A stretch of DNA of 64,000 nucleotides, taken from Histomonas meleagridis 2922-C6/04-290x (taxonomy: Eukaryota; Protista; Parabasalia). Of the stretch, positions 35,417-46,358 are shown in pieces. The translations under genes were made by a program, and so were the position numbers. Each line of letters begins with the position of its first letter. Within the stretch, counting starts at the first letter, position 1. Where the stretch lies: positions 1 through 64,000 of the forward strand of contig JAANOX010000106.1 of the NCBI GenBank assembly GCA_020184695.1, read 5' to 3'. The notes beneath the pieces were generated by a model. It worked only from the letters and a program-made list of their open reading frames with translations, searched no databases and was not told where the DNA came from.

Positions 35417-35917
35417 ATGTTTTTTGCTCTCCTTGCTTTACGCTCAATAAGGATACCAATTAAACTTGAGCCAACAATTTTAACGACAGTCCCAACTGAG
35501 CCAATAATCCCACCAGTTTCTATTCAAAATGATGATGAATACGATTATGACGAAAACAAATTCAAGATTAAGAAAGTCATTAAGAAGATCAAAGATGTCG
35601 TTGACAAGACAAAGAAGGTTGTTGATGTAATTGATGAAGTTACAAACGATGAAGAAGATGATGATGAATATGAAGTTGAATATGTTCTCGAAGAAGCCCC
35701 AGAACTTGGTGAAAACAAATTTAGACTTAAGAAGTTCTTCAAGAAGCTTGGAAAGGTTATCAAGGTTGTTACTAAGGTTATCAAGATTGGTTCAAAGATC
35801 ATTTCAGTTATTGCAAATGATGATGAAAATGTATATAAAAGAATGCCAAAGAGATGCCGTAAGCTCTGCACAAAGTCAAATCCACCAGTCTGCAGGACAG
35901 TGTGCTACATCTCCTAA
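35417..35917 (+). CDS. Secreted polyprotein, candidate multi-peptide antimicrobial precursor
   Basis: First ATG 35417 (MFFALLALRS signal-like), Pro/Thr-rich pro-region, and acidic spacers alternating with cationic amphipathic segments and a 4-Cys C-terminal peptide. Confidence 0.75.
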   Translation: MFFALLALRSIRIPIKLEPTILTTVPTEPIIPPVSIQNDDEYDYDENKFKIKKVIKKIKDVVDKTKKVVDVIDEVTNDEEDDDEYEVEYVLEEAPELGENKFRLKKFFKKLGKVIKVVTKVIKIGSKIISVIANDDENVYKRMPKRCRKLCTKSNPPVCRTVCYIS

Positions 35918-36249
35918 GTAAACTAATTGAAATTTATTGTCTTTTGAATGATAACCGTTTACATAGTTCAATGAAGAAAACGGTTTTACCATGATGAAGT
36001 AAATAAAAGTGGAGTTTTGACACTTTTATCACAAAGAGCGCACGTTAATATAAATGAATTCATTTCTAAAAGTACCACCCAAACAGTTCGATTTGTTTCA
36101 ACTGGAAGCCCTTGTATTGGTAAGAAAAAGCTTTTAATCATATATGCCACTGGAAGTTATACGAATGAAACATAACCATATTTCAATGATTGTACAAAAC
36201 TAATGACATGTATTCTTATTAGCAGCAACTTTTTTTATATTGTCTAAAG

Positions 36250-36520
36250 TTTGTTTCAATAATTTTAAATTTATAAATAATATTTGGAATTTATTTTATT
36301 CAGTTGAAACAGCACTTATAAATGCATCACAGTCTGGAAATAGAAATAGTTAAATTTCTTTCTGAACAAAAAAGAATTGATATTAATACTAAAAATCCAT
36401 GTTTATTTTATTTGAGATTTATTTTAATAATTTAATATTTAAAAATAATATTTGGAAATTATTTAAATTATTTAAAACAGCACTTGCATTTGAAAAAGGT
36501 TTCCAAAATATCGAAAAAGT
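36250..36520 (+). pseudogene. Isolated ankyrin-repeat fragment with an 80-nt spacer
   Basis: TALINAS..EIDINTKN, spacer 36397-36476, then TAL; no 5' part of the gene. Confidence 0.65.
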
Positions 36521-36865
36521 ACTAACTAAAAAAAAAGTAATTGCACTTATTATCTCATGCATGATCTTAGTTTTTTTGCTGTTTATTAAGATATATCGAT
36601 CAAAATAAGTTATGCCTTATACTAATTAATTTTTTTAAAAAAAATGCAGATCTCAACCAGCCAATGCCATTCATTTTTAGCATGAATTATTGTTCATTGG
36701 CAATCAATCTTGTGAATTTTTTAAACATTGTATTTAGTAAAAGTCATTTCTAATAAATGGATTCTTGAATGTGTTTAAAATCAAAATGAAGAAAGTGTGT
36801 TAAATTTGTGATTTAACCTATTTTTCATTTTGCTGTTTTGAATACGTTAGTCAGACAAATTTTAA

Positions 36866-38152
36866 ATGGAGGCAAAACTTGCCCAACAAAAAGCAGAATT
36901 CGAAGCTTTAAAAGGCAAATACGATGCATTTATACAAAAGGCCTTAATAGTCTCTTCAAAGCACCAAGAAATTATTTCAATTTTCCTTGATAAGTACCAA
37001 ATATCATTAGAATTTATTAATGGTCTTCCTAAATTCGCTCTTGATGAAGCAGCAATTAGTAAAATGCCACCAGCTCCTGGAGTTCCTGGTTTCATAACCA
37101 AAAACTGTTCTGACTTTTTTTCTGTATTTCAACCAATCAGTAATACATTTAATCAATTTGCTCAAATGGTCAAAGAAAATTTTACCACCAAAAGAGTTGC
37201 CATGTTTTTTGACTTCGATTCTTTTATTGATTCTGAAATACAAAAAGTCAATGGCATTTTCGAAAATTACAAATCATTATATGAAAAGCTTATAAAGTCC
37301 AATGAAACTATAAATGGCCTTTATAACCAACTTATTTCAGCCCAAAAATCAAGTTCCAAACCAAAACAAGGACGTTCACCTAAAAAGTCACAAGATATTG
37401 AATCCAAATTCCGACACTATGCTATTCAGCTCACACTTCAATCATCCCTTGTTCGTAGAATCAATAATGAACATTCACGACATCTCATTACTATTTCAAA
37501 AAGTATGGTCACGATCAAACAAATGGAAAACGAGAAGCGTGCGTTCTTACTCAATATCTTTTTAATGTTTTGTGACATATGTAAAGGGGTCAAAATCCAA
37601 ATACCAGATACCTTTAAAGTTCATTTCTCGGATTCTTGGAAGAACTCTTTTGTTGAATTTGTTAAAAGAGAAGGTATTGTTCGTACCGATATCTCCCAAA
37701 GCTATTTCAAGCCATATAAGTTCTCTTTCCAAGAACATAAATTGACAAAAGCGTTTAAACGGCCGCGACTCTTACCAAAAAGTGCTCCGTGTTACTTTGC
37801 TGTCGCTATTCATAACTTTAAAGGGGAGAACCAAAGCGAACTATCATTAGAAAAAGGAGAGTACATATACCTTTATGAGTATCAACATGAATCTGGGTTC
37901 TGTTGGTTTTTGGCAAAAAATAAGAAAAACCAATTAGGATTTGTACCTTCAAATGCTATCAGACCAATACATTGCCAATACGCAATAATGATAAACCCAC
38001 AGTTGAAGTGTAAAGATAATTATTTGGGAGTACCTGCAACATCAATTGTAAATGTAAAGGATATAAATGATAAGACAATCACATGCAAAGACTTGAACCA
38101 AGATAGTGGTGATGTCTTCATAGATTCAATTATTCTTGACATTACTCAATAA
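36866..38152 (+). CDS. Coiled-coil (BAR-like) + SH3 domain protein
   Basis: Helical N-terminal ~250 aa; SH3 AVAIHNFKGENQSELSLEKGE..WFLAK..GFVPSNAI. Confidence 0.75.
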   Translation: MEAKLAQQKAEFEALKGKYDAFIQKALIVSSKHQEIISIFLDKYQISLEFINGLPKFALDEAAISKMPPAPGVPGFITKNCSDFFSVFQPISNTFNQFAQMVKENFTTKRVAMFFDFDSFIDSEIQKVNGIFENYKSLYEKLIKSNETINGLYNQLISAQKSSSKPKQGRSPKKSQDIESKFRHYAIQLTLQSSLVRRINNEHSRHLITISKSMVTIKQMENEKRAFLLNIFLMFCDICKGVKIQIPDTFKVHFSDSWKNSFVEFVKREGIVRTDISQSYFKPYKFSFQEHKLTKAFKRPRLLPKSAPCYFAVAIHNFKGENQSELSLEKGEYIYLYEYQHESGFCWFLAKNKKNQLGFVPSNAIRPIHCQYAIMINPQLKCKDNYLGVPATSIVNVKDINDKTITCKDLNQDSGDVFIDSIILDITQ

Positions 38153-38305
38153 TTATTAATATTTTTGAACTTCGTTTTATTCAACTACGAATGTCATCTG
38201 TCATGTAAAACATTTTTTTCTTATTATTTTTTTTAATGAATTTTATCATCTGTGCAAAAAATTTTTTTTTGCTAAAAGACGATTAAAACCGTCGTCAAGC
38301 AACAA

Positions 38306-40567
38306 ATGAACGAAAATTGTACTGTTTACCTTGGAAATATTATTCCAGAGTGTACAGAAAAAGATTTGTATCATTTATTTAAGCCATTTGGGTCTATAAA
38401 ACGAATCAAAATTATTACTCATAGATATAAAGATTATGATTATCCAATAGGATTTGGTTTTATAGAATTTGCTAAACGTTTGTCAAAAGAGGAATGCATT
38501 TCACAAAAACATAGTATTGTATTTAAAAATAATTTATTACATATTCATAGATCAAGACCAGATACAAAACTTGATTTATCGATATTTATCTTTTTTTCTA
38601 GTGAGAAAGTAACCAAAGAATACCTTAAAGCACGCTTTAGACCACTTCGCACTTCAGAAATTTCTGTTAAAATGAATTATTCCAATGAACATTTAGGCTT
38701 TGCCATTGTCAAATTTGTTGACCTTTTTTCATATGAAGCCTCATTTAAATATTCCATTGATTCACCTTTTGAAATTGTAAAGCCAGATCTTCCATTTTAT
38801 CCAGAACGTGTTACAGGAATATCATTTCAATTCAACCATATTAATCCCACTCTTGACGCCAATTTTTATGAGAAATTTTTAGACCTTAACTTAATCCATT
38901 GTGGTTTAATGTATCCGGTTAATTTATATCTTTCATATAATTATTCCACTCGAATTCAACATCTATACCTTAGTAACAATCTTTTGACTTCTGTACATTC
39001 CCGAATAACCGAAGAAGGACCTTTTGATTTAATTGCCAGTACGTTACTTGGCCAAGAAATCGAAGTCACTCCCGAAAACTCACGCTTCTTATACCTATTA
39101 TCCTGTGATTTTGGGATTGAAGACTTGATCAATACATCTTCTCAATTATTATATCCGCAATTAAACTTAACTTCATCTTTAAAGTTATTCAATGATTTAA
39201 TTTCCATTGACATTTCTACGGGACCACATATTCGATATCTAAGCACACATATCAATGAGTTAATTGAAGACAAATCACTTCAAACAGAATTACAGCCAAC
39301 TTTAGTTAACTCCATATTATATTATCACTTGAAATATATCAAAGATCCATTACCACCAGATTTTATGAGTTGGCTATATGATTATATCCAAATTAATCCA
39401 AACGAACGAAACAAAATGATACAATTTATGGATTCCAATTCATTAACACCACAAATATCAATGCAATTAATCCAAAATTCCAACATAAACATTAACATTA
39501 TTCGTAATCAACTTGTTACATATTTAAACAAAGATGTTAAATCGAACATTGGGAATTATCAAATCATTAATTGTCATCAAAAACTTGATAATCCGAGTGA
39601 AGGCGTTTTCTCTTATTTATGTAAAAGTTGTAATGGTAATCCGCAAGATTTTAACTTAATACGTATCACGTCACATAATAGTAAACATTTATTAGTAAGT
39701 CGCTCCAAGCAAAAAGATAACGACGTCGATCATAACGCGCAAAAGTATTGGTCTACGCCTGATATCCCTAATTCATGGGTATGTTTTAACTTTAAAGAAT
39801 ATGAAATTATCCCCACTGGTTATATGATGCGTACTTTCTTTGATAAGAAGCTTCCGAGTATGCATTCATGGCGCGTAGATGGCTCTAGTGATGGTATTCA
39901 TTGGTTCTTATTAGATGAAAGAAGAAGTACAATGAATACGAAAGATCATATTTGGGCTATACTCGATGTATCTAAGCCATGTAAATATATAAAAATTACT
40001 CAAATAGATAAAAACGGGTCGGGCAATTATTGTATGTTTTTGTTTGAGGTCGAATTCTTTGGTACTTTGCCTTTACAAAACGAAAGGATTTTACCAAATA
40101 ATAATAATAAAGGCGTCTTCGATTATATAACGAGAATAGAACAAGGGAACCCTTACGAACTTGGTAAAATAGATATAACAAGTTCTTGTGACCCAAAGTA
40201 TTTGGTGGAAGGTTCTTCTTGTTGGAGATCGCCAAGAGGAAAAGAAACTTGGATCAAAATAGACCTCCTACAAATGAAAGTGAAATTGGATTTGTACGCA
40301 TTGAGATCGCATTATGGTTCTGCTTTCTTTAAGTCTTGGAAAGTAGAGGTGTCGAATGATGATAAAAATTATACAGTGGTCGATATGAATATTAATAGAG
40401 AGAATTATAAAAGACAAAACCAAGAGTGCTATTGGCCAGTACTAAATATGTTGGACCCGGCAAGGTTTATTAAAATTACTTTGATGGACGTGGATAACGC
40501 TAAAACTGTGTTCTGGTTGTCGCATATAGAATTGTTCGGGGATTTGTTCAGACCATTAAATGAATAA
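38306..40567 (+). CDS. RRM + BTB-like + two F5/8 type C (discoidin-like) domain protein
   Basis: RNP2 VYLGNI and RNP1 IGFGFIEF; central BTB-like segment; two C-terminal modules NSWVCFNFK..SWRVDGSSDG..W and TWIKIDL..SWKVEVSND. Confidence 0.7.
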   Translation: MNENCTVYLGNIIPECTEKDLYHLFKPFGSIKRIKIITHRYKDYDYPIGFGFIEFAKRLSKEECISQKHSIVFKNNLLHIHRSRPDTKLDLSIFIFFSSEKVTKEYLKARFRPLRTSEISVKMNYSNEHLGFAIVKFVDLFSYEASFKYSIDSPFEIVKPDLPFYPERVTGISFQFNHINPTLDANFYEKFLDLNLIHCGLMYPVNLYLSYNYSTRIQHLYLSNNLLTSVHSRITEEGPFDLIASTLLGQEIEVTPENSRFLYLLSCDFGIEDLINTSSQLLYPQLNLTSSLKLFNDLISIDISTGPHIRYLSTHINELIEDKSLQTELQPTLVNSILYYHLKYIKDPLPPDFMSWLYDYIQINPNERNKMIQFMDSNSLTPQISMQLIQNSNININIIRNQLVTYLNKDVKSNIGNYQIINCHQKLDNPSEGVFSYLCKSCNGNPQDFNLIRITSHNSKHLLVSRSKQKDNDVDHNAQKYWSTPDIPNSWVCFNFKEYEIIPTGYMMRTFFDKKLPSMHSWRVDGSSDGIHWFLLDERRSTMNTKDHIWAILDVSKPCKYIKITQIDKNGSGNYCMFLFEVEFFGTLPLQNERILPNNNNKGVFDYITRIEQGNPYELGKIDITSSCDPKYLVEGSSCWRSPRGKETWIKIDLLQMKVKLDLYALRSHYGSAFFKSWKVEVSNDDKNYTVVDMNINRENYKRQNQECYWPVLNMLDPARFIKITLMDVDNAKTVFWLSHIELFGDLFRPLNE

Positions 40568-40873
40568 ATAAAATTTGATCGAATTTGTTATTCGTTTTCC
40601 TTTTAATGATTTATCATACATTTCGACAAAAAAAAAAATGATAAAATCTTAAAATAAATTGTACAAAACATAATCAATTTTTTTTTTCGAAAGTTATTAA
40701 AAGTAATTTAGCTACAAAATATTCAATCGATTGAACATTAATGTTATCACGAAAGAATAAAAACAAAAAATTTAATTATTGTTTCTAGTTGATAAGGTTT
40801 TATAATTTTAAAGCTTTATAATTTTATCATGAAAAAGATTTAAATTTAATGTTGTTAGATCTCTCTAAAAATT

Positions 40874-43800
40874 TTAAACGTATTGTTTATTAATGTGTAA
40901 TGTGATTATAACACAACAACTCATCAGTGAAGTTTGAAATAATGTGAATAAATTCCAAGTCTATGGGATAAATTTAAACGAAACAAAAAAATATCTTTTG
41001 CATTGATATCATTTCTATTATGTTCATCAAGTAGTTTTGCAATTTCAATGTAACCTTTTGTTAATGCTATCATAAGTGCTGTAATAAATATCTTTAATAA
41101 ATTTCAAATGGAATATTCGAATATTAAAACGAGAGAATAAAAATTAAAAAAATCTATAAAATAATTTTTGCATTAACATCAATTTCTTTATGTTTAAGAA
41201 GTAACTCAACCACGTCTATTTGACCATTATCAGACGCAATGAGAAGTGGTGTATAAAGTAAAATTAAAATATTTCAAACAGATAAATAAAATATAAAATT
41301 ATTAAAACATATATTAATTAAAAAATATTAATATCTTTTGCATTAATATCAATTCCTTTTTGTTCAAGAAGCAACTTAACAATGCTCAAGTTTCCAGTAT
41401 AAGATGCTAAAAAAAGTGATGTACATAATGAGATAAAATTATTCCAAATATTTAATTAGAATTTCGGATTTATGAATAAAATATTAATTAAAATATATTA
41501 ATATCTTTTGCATTAATATCTATTCCTTTTTGTTCAATAAGTAATTTTACTATTTCTGTATAACCATTTTCAGATGCTAATATAAGTGCTGTTTTAAATA
41601 ATTTAAATAATTTCCAAATATTATTTTGAAATATAAAATTATTAAAATAAATTTTAAATAAAAGAAATAAATAGTTTTAGCGTTAATATCAATTCCTTTT
41701 TGTTCAATAAGTAATTTTACTATTTCTGTATAACCATTTTCAGATGCTAATATAAGTGCTGTTTTAAATAATTTAAATAATTTCCAAATATTATTTTGAA
41801 ATATAAAATTATTAAAATAAATTTTAAATAAAAGAAATAAATAGTTTTAGCGTTAATATCAATTCCTTCTTGTTCAAGAAGTAATTTAACGATTTCTGTA
41901 TGACCATTTTCAGATGCTCTAATAAGTGCTGTTTTAAATAATTTAAATAATTTCCAAATATTATATTGATATATCAAATTATTAAAATAAATATCAAATA
42001 AAAGAAATAAATAGTTTTAGCATTAATATCAATTCCTTCTTGTTCAAGAAGTAATTTAAATATTTCTGTATGACCATATTTAGATGCTAATATAAGTGCT
42101 GTCCAAAATAATTTAAATAATTTCCAAATATTATTTTGAAATATAAAATTATTAAAATAAATTTTGTCTTTAGCATTAATATCAATTCCTTCTTGTTCAA
42201 GAAGCAATTTAACGATTTCAATATGACCAAGTCCAGTTGTAATCATAAATGCAGTATCAAATAATTCAAGTAAATTCCAAAATATCCTAATAAATATTAA
42301 ACAAAGAAAATAAAAATCAAACAAAACAAACATGTATTTTTTTCATTAATATTAATACCTTTTTGTTCAAGAAGTAATTTAACTACGTTAATATGATTAT
42401 TCTGACAAGAAAACATTAAAGCTGTAAACAATGAATGAAATAAATTCCAAATATACATTAAAAATATTCAAATATCTAATTAACAATTAAGTTAAATAAT
42501 GATATATCTTTTTCATTTAAATTAAATAAAATTTTCTTTTTTTCCAAAAATATTTTAACAATTTCAATAATACCACTATAAGATGCTAAAATAAATGCAG
42601 TTTGATACAATTATAAAAAAACTCCAAATATGAATTTTAATCAAAAAATTTTTATTATAATCAAGTAAATTAAATAAATTTTAAATAAAATAAATAAATA
42701 TCTTTAGCATTAATATCAATTTCTTTTTGTTCAATAAGTAATTTAACTATTTCTATATAACCATTCCAAGATGCTCTCATAAGTGCTGTAAAATACAAAT
42801 TAAATAAGGTCCAAATGATTATAATTAATTTCGTATTTTTAAAACAAATATCAAATTTTTTTTAGGTACATCTTTTGCATTTATATCAATTTCTTTTTTA
42901 GCAAGTAGAAATTTAACGATATCAACATAACCTTTTGAAGATGCAAGAATAAGTGGTGTTTCATAAAATTAAAATAAATTTCAAAAAAAGTTTTATTGAA
43001 ACATTAAAATATAAATATTTCTTCCATTAATATTGATCCCTTCTTGTTTCAGAATAAAATGAATTAATTCATAATTTCCAGAATTTATTGAATAAACCAA
43101 AATATTTTGCGGAATTTGTTTTTTCTTAAAAAAATATTTTACAAAGAATATATTTCCAACTCTTGCAAATTCATTTATAATATCATTGCTTATTTCCATC
43201 ATTTTCGATATCAAATATGAAAATAGCTCATAATTATCAAATCTAATACATCGGACTCCTAGATTAATCAATTTTTGAAAATCAATTTTTTCTTTATTGA
43301 AAAAATAATGAAAAATATCATTTTTATGGAATTTAATAATCGTATTGTAAACTCCTTCAAATGATGAATGATTTTGCTCACATAAATGAATTATTTCTGT
43401 ATTTCCTCCTACAATTGCATATTTTAATGTATTTTTTATATTTGATCCATTCATGAATAAAAACTTAAAACATTTAATAGCAGAAAAAAATGCTGCATAA
43501 TCAATTAATGTAACATTTTCTTCATTAATATATGAACATCTTTCATAAAGTGATGGTTCAATTTTTTGATTAAAATCGAAATCATTTTGTGATGAAATTT
43601 CTTGAAGTTTTTCTATTTCATCATTTCGAATTATTTTAGCAATTTCAGTTGGATTATGTCCTTCTTTAATTAATTGTTTATGGAGTTCCCAATCATTCTT
43701 TGATAGTTCTTCAATATTAAATTTAAATTCTTGATAAAATAATGGTTTCATTAGATAGGGTTTATCGAATTTTTTGATGAATTCTTTAGTTTGAAAGTGC

Positions 43801-44189
43801 GCAAAATATAAGCTTCTGACATCACTTATAAAACTTGGTTCAATTATTTTATTTTCAATCATCTGCTCAAGGAGATAATATGATTCTTGGGTATTCAATT
43901 CCAGAAGAGGCTTAAAAAAAGCTTCTTGATTAATTTTATTTTTGTTGATTTCAAATTTTGTTATCATTTTATTTATATATTCAATATATTTATAAGCATG
44001 ATTAAAATGAATTACAAAAGATGAATATATTAATCTTAAAATAATCTGATTAAATGTATATGGATAATGGGCATCTATTAATTCATAGGTTAATTCAACT
44101 GATGATTCAATGTTCTCTTCGTTTAAGTTTAATATAATTTTTGTTAATTTTTTCATGAAATGAATGAGCTCTCCAAGTTCATCGCCCAT
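40874..44189 (-). CDS. DUF3447 + ~13 ankyrin repeats; each repeat interrupted by a non-coding spacer (gene model needs removal of the spacers)
   Basis: An intact 398-aa first ORF stops inside the first spacer. It is followed by stop-free 90-nt exons (TAL..EIVKLLLEQEGIDINAKD type) separated by 13 spacers, nine of them exactly 80 nt. Confidence 0.6.
40934..43016 (-). repeat. Tandem array of ~170-bp units (90-nt ankyrin exon + 80-nt AT-rich spacer)
   Basis: Near-identical units at 41590-42100 and diverged units on both sides, with the same period. Confidence 0.9.
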
Positions 44190-44464
44190 TTTTTATCGAT
44201 AACCGTATTATTTATTCAATTTATCCAAGTCAAAGATCGACTTTTTGATATATTTACACCTTCTTCGAGCCTTGACGGTTATCAATCGGCGAGTCATGAT
44301 TGCATAATACCAATTAATTTGATACATCTAGTTGAATATTTGATATACACCAAACTTCAAAATACCCCCATATTTAAAACGCTTTTAATATTTTTAACAT
44401 AACAAGTAAAAAATTTTCTAAAACTGATTGACCATATGAATTTTTAAAAATGATTATTTTAAAA

Positions 44465-45830
44465 TCAATCATCGTTATGTGGTATTTGAGCTCTGCAAAC
44501 AGGGCATACAAACTTATCATCCAGCCATCTCGACAAGCAATCCTTATGAAACGAATGTTTACAAGGCGTAATCATCAAAATTTGACCCTTTTGACCTTGT
44601 TAAAGCAAATTGGGCAATCTACTTCTTCATCTGTGACTGTTTTATATTTATATTTTTTCATTTTGTACTTATTTGGAAAAAAAAAATTACCTCCGAAGAA
44701 GTGTTGACAAATTAAAATCGAATATTGTAACAATAAATAAATCAAAGATAATGTACATGTTAATGGGTGAGCACATCCCAAAACATTTGATTTCCTATAA
44801 CCGAAGTAAAAAAGATAAAAAATTCGATTTATAGTTATAAAAGTATTAAACCAAAAATCTTTTTTATATTTATTCGGATATATAATATTATATATTATTT
44901 GTGGAATGAAAAACGAATAAACTATAGGTAAAACAATATTAAAACATGAAGACAACAAGAAAAATAAAAGAACATGAACAAATAATGAAACAGTATATAA
45001 AATAGCAAGAGCTAAACATAGTTTTATCAATTTATTAGCCACACCACGTTGAATCCTCCAAACAAATTTTCTATAAAAAATAAGAAAAAGCACAAAAAAA
45101 CTTCCAAAAAGACAAAGAATTAAAGGGAAAAAATATAGAAAACCGCTCGTGTCAAAAACGGTTTCGGTTATCGTTTTACAACCCAGAAATATCGGCCGAA
45201 AGGCGCATTCAAAATTTGAATGCAGAACGATCCCAATGATGGAAACCTCCCAATATAGCGAATGAGTTTTATGAGGAAAAGCAAGAGATTTCCAAGCATA
45301 TATAGAAAAAATTAAGAAGAGATTGGATATAGTGTTGAAGAGAATTAGTTCAACATGATAATCGAATTAACGAAATTTAAAACCATGTAAAGAGATTGGA
45401 TTTTGTAAAGAAAAAATAGTACCATTTAGTTCTATTGGATCATAAAAATAGTTACTATCTGGATATGAAGCATTTGGAAAAAATTGAAAATAAAGACCTT
45501 TTACTTCAATTAGATGTTGTGTGGTTAAATTATGGTAAAAATTTAAAAATAAATCCAAAGAATAGTTTGGAATGCTATTGGTTATTTCAAAAATTAAATT
45601 TTTTGTTAAATTATTATCAAAGAAAGATAATCCATTAAAAATTAAATTCGTCGAATCAAATTTGCCATTGAACTGATATGAGATAATGTTTCTTTCTTCC
45701 CGCAATAAAACTTCCACATGTTGAATAGAGTTAGATTTGTTAAAATCGCAAAAATTTTTTGTTGAAATTGTAAATTGATAAGATCCAAATAGGGAAGTAT
45801 TGTTACCCCAACCTCCCAGATATGTCTCAT
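44465..45830 (-). pseudogene. Transmembrane RING-H2 E3 ligase (Tul1/Dsc1-like), frameshifted
   Basis: Multi-TM segment with FFIPQIIYN, then DCPICF and, after a frameshift near 44575, TPCKHSFHKDCLSRW..CPVCR. Confidence 0.72.
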
Positions 45831-46358
45831 TAGCTTTATATGAAAAAACTAATGGAATAAGAGTAAAACTTTAATCAGTTTCCACACTTCCAAAAATGAA
45901 CTTTTATAAAAATTAATTTTAAATTATGGACAAAGCCTGCTTCCAATTGACCATGATTCTCAAGATGTAGTAATGTATTGTATACAGCATGAACTCAGGC
46001 ATGCAAAAAATATAAGCTGATGGGGAAAAGTAGATAGTAATTAAAAAAAATGAAAACGGAAGTTTTGAGAAAGATATATTTTGTTTTCAAAAAAATGTTA
46101 AAAAATAACTATCCAAAAAATGTGCACTTGAATCGTAGAAAGCATGGATAGAAAAAAAATGAAAATTAAAAAATGCTTATATTCAATTTTATGGCATTTA
46201 AACAATCGTTAAAACTACCGGATTAGTAGTATCAGTAAGTTAATTGTTGCTTCTTTTTATTTGGTTCCGATGATATTCGATTAAAAAAGTTCTTAAAACC
46301 GCAATTGGGTTACTTAGATCATTTTGACACTTTTGATTATATAAACGGTTTCCAGTAA

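Noticed and set aside
35545-35921. Overlapping ORFs 35545..35871 (-) and 35631..35921 (+)
   Set aside because: They are antisense or alternate-frame shadows of the biased coding sequence; the same applies to 58974..59479 and 62093..62458.
41083-43016. Canonical GT-AG or U12 AT-AC introns explaining the 80-nt spacers
   Set aside because: Only one spacer starts with GT. The AG of ACA-GCA is absent in ACT-GCA, ACA-TCA and ACA-CCA units. An AT..AC excision (82 nt) or GT..AG excision (84 nt) would not restore the frame.
41083-43016. T4 gene 60-style hop between matched codons 68 nt apart
   Set aside because: Codons match in some units (TTC/TTT, TTA/TTG) but not in others (AAA/TAT, ATA/TTA, TAG/TTT), so there is no consistent support from sequence alone.
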